This document shows positions 10,893 to 20,879 of a stretch of DNA of 64,000 bases, piece by piece. The position numbers and the translations under genes are program-made. The notes beneath the pieces are model-generated. The model was not told the origin of the DNA and did no database searches. It saw only the letters and a list, made by a program, of their open reading frames with translations. The stretch's first letter is position 1. Each line of letters begins with the position of its first letter. The stretch comes from Polyangiales bacterium (GTDB lineage Bacteria; Myxococcota_A; Polyangia; Polyangiales; Polyangiaceae): NCBI GenBank assembly GCA_038231275.1, contig JBBRLQ010000035.1:1-64000 (forward strand), written 5' to 3'.

Positions 10893-12329
10893 CTACTGCA
10901 GCGTGAGCTTTCCGACGCGGCTGAAGCCGTACACGAAGTAGACCTCGCCGTCGTTGCCCTGGACGATGGCGGTGATCTGTCCGAGGTTGCCGGGCGCGGT
11001 GATGTCGGCGAGCGGCTTCGCCACCGGTCCGTAGAACTGACCCTGGCATCGCTTCAGCGCGCCGAGCTCGGCGCCTTGGTTGTCGCTGAAAAGGTACACG
11101 CCGGCGAGCGCCGGGATGCTGATGCCGCGGTACACCGTTCCGCCCTGAATCGCGCGGAAGTCGGGGAAGAGGCCGCCGTTGCGATCGACCGAGAGGATCG
11201 GCGGAGTGTGCGGCGACGGACCGCCGAGCGGTTTGCTCCCGCATGTGCCTTGCTGGGTCCCCTCGAACGCCGGCCATCCGAAGTTCGCGCCCTTAGTGCC
11301 CGCGGGGAGGAAATCGATCTCCTCGTGCGTGTCTTGTCCGACGTCGCCGAGATAGAAATCGCCGTTCAGCGGATCGAAGCTGTAGCGGAACGGGTTGCGC
11401 AGGCCGTAGTGCAAGACGCGCGCGTCGTTCGCGAACGGATTTCCCGCCGCAGCAAACGGCGCGGCTACGTTGATGTCGAGGCGCAGCACCTTGCCGTTCA
11501 CCTTCGTGATGTCCTGCACCACCCCGGGCAGCGAGCTCTCGCATCCGCCGCCGCCATCGCCAGTGGCCACGTAGAGGAACTTGTCGGGCCCGAACATGAT
11601 CGTGCCGCCGTTGTGGTTGGGTTGGGACGGCGGCATGACGACGATGTCCTGAACCTTGGTGGGATCGGCGACGTCGGCGTTGGCCGCGGAGCGCTTGAAC
11701 TCGACGACCGCGTCGGTCCCGGCGGCGGAGTACGAGCCGTCCGCACCGTCGGCGGGGCTTCCCATGACGAAAAAGCGTCCGTTGGTCGCATAGTCGGGAT
11801 GGAACGCGATGCTGAGCAGACCGCGCTCGCCGGGGTTATTTCCGATTCCGGCGGAGATGTCGAGGAACGGGGTCGCGAGGACGGCGCCGGCTCGGACGAT
11901 GCGAACCACGCCGGTCTGCGAGACGACGTACCAATCCGTCGACCCCGGGGGCTGAGACGCATACAGCGCGCTGCCGATGGTAGACGCCGTGATCGGCACG
12001 ACCTTGAGCGCCGGGAAGACCGGCGGCGTCGCCGTGCAAGGGACGTTCACGTCGGCGCCCGTGTCCTTCGGGCCGCTGTCGCCGCTGCTGCCGCTCGCGC
12101 CACTCGTGCCGCTGGCTCCGCTCGTGCCGCTGGTTCCACTCGAACCGCTGGTCCCGCTGGTCCCGCTCGAGGCTCCACTCGTGCCGCTGGTTCCGCTCGA
12201 GGAGGTCGCGTCGGTGCCGCCGTCGTCCGGCGTCACGCCCGCGGAGTCGGAGCCACCGCACGAGAAGACCGACGTTCCGCCAGCGACCGCGAGGACTGCG
12301 AGGAAGGCACGGGTTTGGGTTCGGTTCAT
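10893..12329 (-). CDS. PQQ-dependent glucose/sorbosone dehydrogenase family lipoprotein
   Basis: GERGLLSIAFHPDY, NHNGG, LYVATGDGG, GLRNPFR, GDVGQ, NFGWP; N-terminal lipoprotein Cys followed by an SGTSG linker. Confidence 0.92.
   Translation of the reverse strand: MNRTQTRAFLAVLAVAGGTSVFSCGGSDSAGVTPDDGGTDATSSSGTSGTSGASSGTSGTSGSSGTSGTSGASGTSGASGSSGDSGPKDTGADVNVPCTATPPVFPALKVVPITASTIGSALYASQPPGSTDWYVVSQTGVVRIVRAGAVLATPFLDISAGIGNNPGERGLLSIAFHPDYATNGRFFVMGSPADGADGSYSAAGTDAVVEFKRSAANADVADPTKVQDIVVMPPSQPNHNGGTIMFGPDKFLYVATGDGGGGCESSLPGVVQDITKVNGKVLRLDINVAAPFAAAGNPFANDARVLHYGLRNPFRYSFDPLNGDFYLGDVGQDTHEEIDFLPAGTKGANFGWPAFEGTQQGTCGSKPLGGPSPHTPPILSVDRNGGLFPDFRAIQGGTVYRGISIPALAGVYLFSDNQGAELGALKRCQGQFYGPVAKPLADITAPGNLGQITAIVQGNDGEVYFVYGFSRVGKLTLQ
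12080..12205 (-). repeat. 9-bp-period coding repeat encoding (SGT/SGA/SGS)n
   Basis: Encodes SSSGTSGTSGASSGTSGTSGSSGTSGTSGASGTSGASGSSG. Confidence 0.8.
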
Positions 12330-12363
12330 GGCCTAACAGCCTAGCAGCCACGGACCAGGTGTT

Positions 12364-14136
12364 CTACCGCGCCCGTTTTTTCAAGCGCACACGGAGACCC
12401 ACAGGCGTCAGCGTGAAGGCCATGAGCTCTTTCACGTCCTGCGACCGACCGACGCGCTCGACGTCGAAGCTCTTCGCGAGCATCGCGAGGACCACGCGCA
12501 TCTCGACGAGCGCGAGGGTGCGGCCGGGACAGATGCGGGGGCCCGAGCCGAAAGGCACGTGCGAGGCGACGTCGTGGGGCTTGCCGCTGGAGCCGGCGTC
12601 GATCCACCGCTCCGGCAAGAAGGAGAGCGGCTCGTGGAAGCGCGAGGGATCGCGCGTGGGGAAGCGCGCGAGGGCGACGATGCCCGTGCCGCGCGGGATG
12701 GCCACGTCGCCCACGACGACGTCCTCGTTCGGCTCGAAGAAGAAGTGCGGCGCGACGGGGCGTAGGCGCATCGCCTCGTTGGCGACGGCAGTGGCGTACG
12801 GGAAGCGATTGGCTGTGTCGAGATCGGCGGCGACCGTCGACGTGCCAAGGACGTCGTCGGCCTCTCGGCGCAGAGCGTTCCATGCGTCGGGCGCGTCGCA
12901 CAGGTGATGCACGGCCCACGCGAGCGTGTAGGCGGTCGTGTCTTCCCCCGCGAGGAGCATCGTGAGGGCGTTGCCGAAGATCACGTCGTCGGCGAATGGG
13001 CTGCCGTTGGCGTCCTTCGCAGCGAGCATCGCCTCGATGAAGTTCGCGGGATGGGCGGCTCGTGACGGATCGTCGGCGAGCTTCTTCTTGGCCGCGAGCA
13101 CGACGCCGGTGAGCCACGCGTGAAGCGCCTCGAGCGCGCGATCGAGCTTGCGATCCTGGGGCAGGCGGAAGTAGCGCCAGTACGGCATCGGCGAGTTGAG
13201 GCGACGATGAAAGGCGGGGAAAACATGCTCGAGGTGACGCTGGATGACGTCGTCGTCCTTGCCCTCGAGCGTGTCGAGGTCGTGGCCGAAGACGAGGAGC
13301 GTCGTCACGTCGACGGTGAAGCGCTTCAGCTCCTCGGCGAGATCGAGCACGCGCCCGCTCTGGGCCGCCGCGGTCCACCGACGGTGGAGCCTTTGCGCGA
13401 TGCTCTCGAGCGTCGGGTAGAAACCGCGGAGGTGGCGCTGCGAGAGCGCCTCCATGGCGAGGCGACGCTGCGATCGCCACGCGTCGCCCTCGGCGGAGAA
13501 GACACCGCTCGCATACATCTCGGCGAAGATCGCCTCGACCGGCGACATGCGGCGGAACGTGTCCGGCCGTCCGCGGAACATCGGCTCGGCGAGCTTGGGA
13601 TCCGACGTGACGACCACCGGTCGGCGGCCGAGGGAGATGCGCAGCATCGGGCCGTACTGGGCGGCCCACTCCTCGAAGACCTCGTGGATGCGGTCGGCGT
13701 CGACGGAGAGAAAGTTTCCGATGAAGGGGAGACCCGGCGGGCCCGGCAAGTCGGCGATGGTGCGCGTCGCCTTCGGCTTCGCCTGCGTGCGCGCGATGGC
13801 GAGCGGCGCGACGTCGACCAGGAGCTCGCCGCCCTCTTCGCGAACGGGGCACGCGCGGAGGCACTCGGCGCCTCCTTTGCGGCGGCCGGTCTCCGCGTCG
13901 AAGCGCCAGCGGTGGTTCTTGCAGACGAGATCGCCGCCGTCGAGCTCCCCTTCCCCGAGGAGCGCACCCTGATGCGGGCAGCGACCCTCGAAGACGCGCG
14001 GGCCGGACTTCGTGCGGACGAGGACGAGGTCGACGCCGCCCGCGGAGATCGCGTGCGGCCCGTCCCCTGTGAGCTCGCTCGCGCGCGCGACCCTTCGAAA
14101 ATCGTCCTTTGCGCCACCTCCGTCCCCGCTCGCCAT
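12364..14136 (-). CDS. Rieske [2Fe-2S] domain-cytochrome P450 fusion
   Basis: N-terminal CPHQG...CKNHRW. P450 part has the Pro-rich hinge LPGPPGLPFIGN, AGEDTT, EAMR, PERW and the heme motif FGSGPRICPG, all in one uninterrupted frame. Confidence 0.95.
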   Translation of the reverse strand: MASGDGGGAKDDFRRVARASELTGDGPHAISAGGVDLVLVRTKSGPRVFEGRCPHQGALLGEGELDGGDLVCKNHRWRFDAETGRRKGGAECLRACPVREEGGELLVDVAPLAIARTQAKPKATRTIADLPGPPGLPFIGNFLSVDADRIHEVFEEWAAQYGPMLRISLGRRPVVVTSDPKLAEPMFRGRPDTFRRMSPVEAIFAEMYASGVFSAEGDAWRSQRRLAMEALSQRHLRGFYPTLESIAQRLHRRWTAAAQSGRVLDLAEELKRFTVDVTTLLVFGHDLDTLEGKDDDVIQRHLEHVFPAFHRRLNSPMPYWRYFRLPQDRKLDRALEALHAWLTGVVLAAKKKLADDPSRAAHPANFIEAMLAAKDANGSPFADDVIFGNALTMLLAGEDTTAYTLAWAVHHLCDAPDAWNALRREADDVLGTSTVAADLDTANRFPYATAVANEAMRLRPVAPHFFFEPNEDVVVGDVAIPRGTGIVALARFPTRDPSRFHEPLSFLPERWIDAGSSGKPHDVASHVPFGSGPRICPGRTLALVEMRVVLAMLAKSFDVERVGRSQDVKELMAFTLTPVGLRVRLKKRAR

Positions 14137-14182
14137 GGCGGGGATGCTACGCCGCGCGCCGCCGCCCGACTACACTGGCCCC

Positions 14183-15823
14183 ATGCGGAAGCTCCTGCCG
14201 ACCCTCGCCGTCGCGGCCGCGGTCGCGTGCTCCTCGACGAAGAGCGCACCCGTGACTGCCGCGCCGCCGACGAAGCCGACCGCGGCGCAGCAAGCGCGCG
14301 CCGACCAGCTCCTCACGGGTCCCGACTGGTACCGCCACGCCGTCGTCTACGAGGCGAACGTCCGCTCGATGGCCGACAGCAACGGTGACGGCATCGGCGA
14401 TCTCGCCGGGCTCACCGGCAAGCTCGACTACCTGAAGGGGCTCGGCGTCGACGCGATCTGGCTCATGCCGATCATGCCGAGCCCGTTCAAGGACTCCGGC
14501 TACGACGTCGCCGACTACCGCGGCATTGATCCCGCGTACGGCGACATGGCCGCCTTCGACGCGTTCCTCGCGGCCGCTCACTCGCGAAAGATCCGCGTGC
14601 TCCTCGATCTCGTCTTGAACCACACCTCGAGCGAGCACGCGTGGTTCAAGGACTCGCGCTCGAGCAAGACCAGCGCGAAGGCCGACTGGTACGTGTGGTC
14701 CGACACGCCGTCGCGCGCCGACATCGGGTGCGGGACGTACGGCCCGCAGTTCGGCGACGTCGCGTGGACGCTCGAGCCGGCGCGGAGCCAGTACTACTTC
14801 CACCGCTTCTACGCGCAGCAGCCCGATCTCAACTACCGCAACCCAGAGGTCGTGAAGGAGACGCTCGACACGGCGAGGTTCTGGCTCGACAAGGGCGTCG
14901 ACGGCTTCCGGTGCGACGTCATCGGCCTCCTCTTCGAGAGCGCGAAGGGATGTGACCTCATCCCCGAGACACTCGACTACATCCGCCAGCTCCGCGCAGT
15001 CCTCGACGGCTACCCCGATCGCGCGATGGTTGCCGAGTCCAAGATCACCAGCGTCGCGCCGTACTTCGGCAGCGGGAAGGACATGTTCCACATGGCCTTC
15101 GATTTTCCGTACGGCTACTTCTGGGGGCTCGCGTTCAACGCAGGGAACCGAAAGATCGCGTTCGACGCCCTCTCGACCTCGGCGACGGGGTTTCCGCCGG
15201 GCGCGCAGGACGCGTCGCTCATCGGGTCGCACGACGTGCAGCGCGCGTGGACGATCGCGCAGGGCCTTTCGTGGCGGCACCGCCGCGCCGCAGAGATTTC
15301 GATGCTCACCAAGGCGACGCCGTTCGTCTACTACGGAGAGGAGCTTGGCCTCCGCGCGGGCCGCGGCGTGGTCGTCGACACGCGAGACTCCGCGCGAACG
15401 CCGATGGGTTGGACGCGCGCGGCGGGGCATGGCTTCACCACGTCCGCCACGCCGTGGCTCGAGTTCGGCGAGGCGATCGACGACACGAACGTCGAGGCCG
15501 AGGACGGCGATCCCGCGTCGATGCTCACGTTCTACCGCCAGCTCCTCGCGTTCCGGCGCGGGCACGCGGTCTGGGGGACCGGTGACATGGTGATGCTCGA
15601 CGTCGACAACCCGTCGATCCTCGCGTTCGTGAGGAAGAACGACGAAGAAGCATTCTTGGTCATCGAGACCTTCGCGGAGGACGATCAGGAAGGGAGCGTG
15701 GCGACCGGTGAAGTGACGACGGCCGGGACCATCGTGCGGGGTGACGCGAGCGTGCGACTCGACGGAGGAACGTTGCGCCTCAAGGTACCGGGCGGCGGCT
15801 CGGCGATCGCGCGGCTTCGGTAA
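14183..15823 (+). CDS. GH13 alpha-glucosidase/alpha-amylase family lipoprotein
   Basis: Lipobox AVAC; DSNGDGIGDL, GYDVADY, DLVLNHTS, QPDLNY, GFRCDV, AE, SHD, YYGEELG. Confidence 0.93.
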   Translation: MRKLLPTLAVAAAVACSSTKSAPVTAAPPTKPTAAQQARADQLLTGPDWYRHAVVYEANVRSMADSNGDGIGDLAGLTGKLDYLKGLGVDAIWLMPIMPSPFKDSGYDVADYRGIDPAYGDMAAFDAFLAAAHSRKIRVLLDLVLNHTSSEHAWFKDSRSSKTSAKADWYVWSDTPSRADIGCGTYGPQFGDVAWTLEPARSQYYFHRFYAQQPDLNYRNPEVVKETLDTARFWLDKGVDGFRCDVIGLLFESAKGCDLIPETLDYIRQLRAVLDGYPDRAMVAESKITSVAPYFGSGKDMFHMAFDFPYGYFWGLAFNAGNRKIAFDALSTSATGFPPGAQDASLIGSHDVQRAWTIAQGLSWRHRRAAEISMLTKATPFVYYGEELGLRAGRGVVVDTRDSARTPMGWTRAAGHGFTTSATPWLEFGEAIDDTNVEAEDGDPASMLTFYRQLLAFRRGHAVWGTGDMVMLDVDNPSILAFVRKNDEEAFLVIETFAEDDQEGSVATGEVTTAGTIVRGDASVRLDGGTLRLKVPGGGSAIARLR

Positions 15824-15831
15824 CCGACGGC

Positions 15832-16758
15832 TCAGAACGTCAGCGCGACGCTCGCGCCGGTCGGAGCGAGGCGCAGGACGGCGGTCGTCCTCGAACGATC
15901 GCGGCCGTCGGCGACGAAGAGGATCGCGGCGGTCACTCCCAACGCGGCGGCGCTGCCCCACAGCGCATACGTCCAGGTTCTCCAGCGCTGGGCGTCGTCG
16001 CGGGTCGATCCGTCATGACTGCCGCTCGACTCGAAGGAAGACCGCGCGTTCGCGAAGCGCGAGTAGGTGTAGGCGCCCGCCACGCCGAGCGCGCCGGCGC
16101 CTGCGAGCGAGGCCCACGCGAAGACCGGCGTGGCACGCTCGGGCGGGGGCAGCGGCGCGGCCTTCGGCGGAGCGGGCGAGGGCTTTGGCGGCGGCGCGCT
16201 CGGAGGGGGCGGAGTGTCCTCGAGCGCGAGCTCGACGCGCTCGCCCGCGCGGGCCAAGGTGAGCGTGCGCGCGACCTCGCTGCCGTCGCGTCGCCGAACG
16301 CGGATCTCGTGGGCGCCAGGCGCGAGGTGGACCGTCGTCGGGATCGCGCCGCGCTCGGCGCCGCGTACGAAGACGACGCCGCCCGCCGGGGCGACCACGT
16401 CCACCCGGGCGAACAGCTCGCGGTGCGTCTCGAGGCGCGCGCGCGCGTACGCCGTATCCTCCGGTCCGAGCTCACCCTCGAGCGCGCGCGCGAACGCGTC
16501 GGCACCGAGCTCGGGCTCGCCGGCGGCCTCCCAGGCGCGACCAGCGTTGTACGCCGCCGCCGCGCGCGGTGCCCGACGGTAGGCCTCGAGGAACGCGAGC
16601 GCAGCGGCGCGGTACTCCTTGCGCTCGTAGGCCGCGCGGCCGGCCCGAAAAAATTGGGCCGCATCGACCGCAGGCTCGTCGGCGCGGGCGGCGGCCGAAT
16701 CCAGCGTCCCGCCCAGCGCGAGCGAGATCACGACGACGAGGCGCCCGAAGCTCCTCAT
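15832..16758 (-). CDS. Secreted TPR + PEGA-domain protein with a C-terminal hydrophobic segment
   Basis: Signal peptide ending ARA; TPR (FRAGRAAYE...YNAGRAWE); PEGA (LAPGAHEIRV); ends in F. 4-bp overlap with the kinase gene. Confidence 0.8.
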   Translation of the reverse strand: MRSFGRLVVVISLALGGTLDSAAARADEPAVDAAQFFRAGRAAYERKEYRAAALAFLEAYRRAPRAAAAYNAGRAWEAAGEPELGADAFARALEGELGPEDTAYARARLETHRELFARVDVVAPAGGVVFVRGAERGAIPTTVHLAPGAHEIRVRRRDGSEVARTLTLARAGERVELALEDTPPPPSAPPPKPSPAPPKAAPLPPPERATPVFAWASLAGAGALGVAGAYTYSRFANARSSFESSGSHDGSTRDDAQRWRTWTYALWGSAAALGVTAAILFVADGRDRSRTTAVLRLAPTGASVALTF

Positions 16759-18293
16759 TCGTATGGGCTCGCAGCGAGGGGGCGATCGCCCGACCCCTTC
16801 GGCGGCGAAGGCGTGGCAACGCGTGGCCGGCCGCGCGCGCCCGCCGCACGACCTCCGCGTCCGGACGGCTCTGCCGACGCGCTCGCTTGCGGTGTCGCCG
16901 CGAGGTCGCTCGAGGCGCTCGACGTGCCGGGAGCGATCGCTGCGAGCGGGGGTTCGTCGGAGGGCGACCCCGCCGTCGCCGTGGCAGGCGCGACCAACGC
17001 CGCGGGCGCGGGCAGCGCAGCGGCCGAAGGAGTCACCCGCGCGCCTCCACGAAGGACGAGCGCGGCGGTCAAGGAAGCGCCGATCAGCCCCGCCGCGAGC
17101 AGCGCGGCCGCGCGACGCACACGCGATGGAGCGGGCGCGGCGACCACGCGCGGCTCGAGCAACGGAAGTGCATCGAGGGCCTCCGCCGGCGGCGCACCGG
17201 GCTCGGTCGCGAGCTCCGGCGGCGACGACACATCCTCGCGCGGCGCCTGCGCGCGCGACGAGGGCGCCAGGCGATCGAGCTCGGCGACCTGCGCGCGTCG
17301 CGTCGCCAGCTCACCGCCGACGACCATGTCCACGAAGTCCGCGACGATCGCCGGATCCGCGAGCGGCACGCCGCAGGTCGCGATCAGTCGCTCGCAAAAT
17401 GCCGCCGCGGTCGGCCAGCGGCGCGTGCGATCGAGCAGGAGCGCGCTGGCCACCGTCTCGTCGAGCGCGGCGGGGATGTCCAGCCGAACGTCGCGCAAGC
17501 GATCGGGCGCGCGCGTCGCCGCCGACAGGAGCATGGCGACCGGATCGATGCCGGCCTTGTGGAGCCTCCGCCCCGCGAGCAACTCCCACGCGACGACGCC
17601 CGCCGCCCACACGTCACTGCGCCGATCGAGCGGCTCGCCGCGAACCTGCTCGGGCGGCATGTACCCCGCCTTGCCCTTCACGATCCCGGTCGTCGTTACG
17701 CTGACGCGGATCGCGGCCTTCGCGACGCCGAAGTCCGTGAGCCGCGCGACGCCGTCGAGCCCCACGAGCACGTTGTGCGGCGTGAAGTCTCTGTGAACGA
17801 GGCCGACGAGCTGCCCCCCGTCGTCGCGAAGCTCGTGCGCCGCGTGGAGCCCCGCGAGGGCATCGCACAAGACGCGCAGCGCGACGTCGATGGGGACGCG
17901 CTCCTTCGTGCGTTGCGCGTGGCGCATGAGGGCCGCGAGCGTGCTCCCTTCGACGTACTCCATGACGAGGAAGACGCCCGCCGCGTCGTCCTCCACGTCC
18001 AGAACCTGCACGACGTTCGGGTGGCGGATCCGTGCGGCGAGCTTCGCCTCCTCGACGAGATCTTCGGCCCAGCCAGGCTCGTTCCGGAGGTGGGCGTGGG
18101 TCAGCTTGAGGGCGACCATTCGCTCGAACCCGCCGGCGCCGCGCTTGCGGGCGAGGAACACGGTCGCCATCCCACCGCTCGCGATCGGCAGGAGGAGCTT
18201 GTACGGTCCAACCCGATCGGGCGGAGCCGCGTCGCCCGCGAGCAAAGGGCGAAGGTTGGCGGGAACCACGTGCGTGAATTGTGGCACGCGCAC
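16755..18293 (-). CDS. Transmembrane Ser/Thr protein kinase
   Basis: IASGGMATV, ALK, HRDFTPHN, DFG, YMPPEQ, TM helix, Pro/Ala-rich tail. Exact start uncertain. Confidence 0.92.
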   Translation of the reverse strand: MRVPQFTHVVPANLRPLLAGDAAPPDRVGPYKLLLPIASGGMATVFLARKRGAGGFERMVALKLTHAHLRNEPGWAEDLVEEAKLAARIRHPNVVQVLDVEDDAAGVFLVMEYVEGSTLAALMRHAQRTKERVPIDVALRVLCDALAGLHAAHELRDDGGQLVGLVHRDFTPHNVLVGLDGVARLTDFGVAKAAIRVSVTTTGIVKGKAGYMPPEQVRGEPLDRRSDVWAAGVVAWELLAGRRLHKAGIDPVAMLLSAATRAPDRLRDVRLDIPAALDETVASALLLDRTRRWPTAAAFCERLIATCGVPLADPAIVADFVDMVVGGELATRRAQVAELDRLAPSSRAQAPREDVSSPPELATEPGAPPAEALDALPLLEPRVVAAPAPSRVRRAAALLAAGLIGASLTAALVLRGGARVTPSAAALPAPAALVAPATATAGSPSDEPPLAAIAPGTSSASSDLAATPQASASAEPSGRGGRAAGARGRPRVATPSPPKGSGDRPLAASPYE

Positions 18294-18319
18294 CTCTGGG
18301 GCACAATGTGACGGGTCCG

Positions 18320-19483
18320 ATGCGAAGAAAGGCCGCTGCGTGCTTCCTCGCCGCGCTCGCCGTGGCGGGCTGCTTCGCGGCGTGTCGCGTCTTCGAGCTC
18401 GGCGACGTCGTTTCGGAACCGATCGAGTGCGGCGGTGGCGATGCCTCAACGGACGGCAGCCATGAGGGCGGCGCCGCCGACGCGCGAATCGACGCGGACG
18501 ACGCGGGCTGCGACGCGAGCGGCGATCCGTGCGCGTGCCTCACGCGCGCCGTCACGTTGTCGACGCTCCTCGGCGGCACGTCGCAGGCGATGGCATTCGC
18601 GAACGGCCACCTCTACACGATCGTGGTAACCGCCGGGGGATCGCCGATCGTCTACGACACGCCAACCGACGGCCTCGACGGGGGCCCGCCTCCCGCGCTG
18701 ACGCCGGGGACGTCGTTGGTCGCGAGCACACTCGTCGCGACGCGCCAGTATTTGTTCTTCCGTCGTACCGGCAAGGACGACGGCATCTTGCGCTTGCCGT
18801 TCGGCGCGCCGGTGGAGGCGCCGCAGTCCTACTTGTCGCCGCTGGGCGCCGACCCGATCGATCTCGCGACCGACGGCGCCCAGATCTACTGGACGAACAC
18901 GATCGGCGCGGTCTGCGCGGCGTCCGTCGACGGCGCAGGTGCCGGGGATGCGGGCGTCCTTGACTCCGGCCCCTCCGGCTGCGGCGCTGCGGTCGTCGTC
19001 CCGGCGCGCGATGGAGGCCCTGCGGCCGCGCAGCTCGCGCTGAACGCGACCACGCTCTTTCTCTCCTACAATCAGAAAATTTATTCGGCACCGCTCGCGA
19101 CCGGTGCGGTGACGCCGCTCGTCCCCGTGATGCAGGGACTGTCCGTCAACGGGCTCACCGAGAGCCAGGGGCAACTCTTTTGGGCAGCGACGAGCGCCGA
19201 CGCAGGCGCGTTGGCGAGCGCGAACGACGACGGCACGGGCGCCAGGCTCATCGTCCCGAATGCGTTCGAGGGAATGGCGCTGCAAGCATCGTTCGTCGTC
19301 GACGCGGACGGCATCTACTGGGGCGCGCGCTCCTACCAGAAGGTGTGGGCCGCGGCGCGCGACGGAAGCGGTGTTCGCCTCGTCGCGTGCGAGCCGTCGG
19401 CCGTCGCCGCCCTCGCGAGCGACGCGACGTACGTGTACTGGCTCACCAGCAACGGCGTGGTCAAGCGCGCTACCAAGCGCTGA
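18320..19483 (+). CDS. Lipoprotein with beta-propeller-like repeats
   Basis: Lipobox FAAC; repeats LATDGAQIYWT, VVDADGIYWG, LASDATYVYWLT. Confidence 0.8.
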   Translation: MRRKAAACFLAALAVAGCFAACRVFELGDVVSEPIECGGGDASTDGSHEGGAADARIDADDAGCDASGDPCACLTRAVTLSTLLGGTSQAMAFANGHLYTIVVTAGGSPIVYDTPTDGLDGGPPPALTPGTSLVASTLVATRQYLFFRRTGKDDGILRLPFGAPVEAPQSYLSPLGADPIDLATDGAQIYWTNTIGAVCAASVDGAGAGDAGVLDSGPSGCGAAVVVPARDGGPAAAQLALNATTLFLSYNQKIYSAPLATGAVTPLVPVMQGLSVNGLTESQGQLFWAATSADAGALASANDDGTGARLIVPNAFEGMALQASFVVDADGIYWGARSYQKVWAAARDGSGVRLVACEPSAVAALASDATYVYWLTSNGVVKRATKR

Positions 19484-19519
19484 GCCTCGTCCGGTCAACC
19501 TCGTGATGGGTCGTTCGCT

Positions 19520-20854
19520 CTAACGAAGCCGCGCCCGAAGCTTCTGGAAGTACCGGTGGCCGAGGCCGCTCGCGGCGGCGGCGCGCGAGACGTTGCCGCC
19601 GTGCGCCTCGACGACGCGCTCGACGTACCGGCGCTCGAGCTCCTCGACGACCTTCTGTCGGGCGCGCGGCAGCGGGAGGTTTTCGGACAGGACCTCGGTG
19701 AGGTTGTCGGTGGGGCTTGCCGCGCCGCGCTCGTCGGCGACGCTTCGCGCGGCGGGATCGGCGTCGCCCAGAGCGATGCGGCGCGCGACGGCGTTGAAGA
19801 GCTCACGCACGTTCCCGGGCCACGCGTACGCGTCGTAGCGCTGCACGAGATCGGGCGGCGGGCCGCCTGCGGAGCCGCCGAGCTCGGACCAGAAGTGCGA
19901 CGCCAGGACCTGAACGTCTCCGCGACGGTGGCGCAACGGGGGCAGCTCGATCCGCGCGACCGCCAGGCGGAAGAACAGGTCATCGCGGAAGCGACCGGCC
20001 TGCACCTCGTGATCGAGATCGCGCCGCGTGGCGGCGAGGATGCGCACGTCGACGGGGAACGACCGATCGCCGCCGACCCGTCGCACCTCGGATCGCTGGA
20101 CGGCGCGGAGGAGCTTCGGTTGAAGCACGATGTCGAGGTCACCGATTTCGTCGATGAACAGCGTGCCGCCTTGGGCCAGCTCGAAGACGCCGCGTCGCTG
20201 CTGCACCGCGCCGGTGAACGCGCCGCGCTCGTGACCGAACAGCTCGCTCTCGACCAGGTTCGGCGGCACGGCCGTGCAGTCGAAGACGATGAACGGCCCC
20301 GCCGCGCGCGCGCTCATCGCGTGAATCGACTCGGCCAGCACCTCCTTGCCGGTGCCGGTCTCTCCCTCGATGACGACGGGTATGTCGCTCTTTGCGACCT
20401 TGTCGCAGAGCGGGTACAGCCGCCGCATCTCCAGGCTGCTGCCGATCACGCGGCCGAAGGCGGTCGCCGCGGGGATCGTCGCGGCGCCCTTCTGCTCGAC
20501 GCGATCGACGCGAATCGCCGTGGAGCCGACGCGCACGATCTCGCCGCCGCGGAGGAACCCCTCGGAGACGACGATACCGTTCGCGAAGGTGCGGTTCGTC
20601 GAGCCCAGATCGATGAGGCGGAGCTCGCCTTCCGAGACGTCGAGCGAGAAGTGGCGCCGCGAGACCGCCGGATCGGTGAGGCGCAGCTCGCACGCCGGGC
20701 TCTGCCCAACGAGGACACGCGACGGACGCGCGCCGTCGAGGGTGAAGGACTGCCCTTGATCGGGGCCCTCGACGATCGTGAGCACGAAGCAGCCGGTGCC
20801 CGCCGCGTCGAGCGCTGCCTGAAGCTCGGTGGGGATGAGATCCGTGGACGTCAC
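19520..20854 (-). CDS. FHA-domain sigma54-dependent enhancer-binding protein
   Basis: FHA (VSRRH, DLGSTN), [28 protein letters not shown]-terminal HTH. Start set at GTG 20854. Confidence 0.95.
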   Translation of the reverse strand: MTSTDLIPTELQAALDAAGTGCFVLTIVEGPDQGQSFTLDGARPSRVLVGQSPACELRLTDPAVSRRHFSLDVSEGELRLIDLGSTNRTFANGIVVSEGFLRGGEIVRVGSTAIRVDRVEQKGAATIPAATAFGRVIGSSLEMRRLYPLCDKVAKSDIPVVIEGETGTGKEVLAESIHAMSARAAGPFIVFDCTAVPPNLVESELFGHERGAFTGAVQQRRGVFELAQGGTLFIDEIGDLDIVLQPKLLRAVQRSEVRRVGGDRSFPVDVRILAATRRDLDHEVQAGRFRDDLFFRLAVARIELPPLRHRRGDVQVLASHFWSELGGSAGGPPPDLVQRYDAYAWPGNVRELFNAVARRIALGDADPAARSVADERGAASPTDNLTEVLSENLPLPRARQKVVEELERRYVERVVEAHGGNVSRAAAASGLGHRYFQKLRARLR

Positions 20855-20879
20855 GCTCGTCAGTGTAGCAGCGTGCCGA

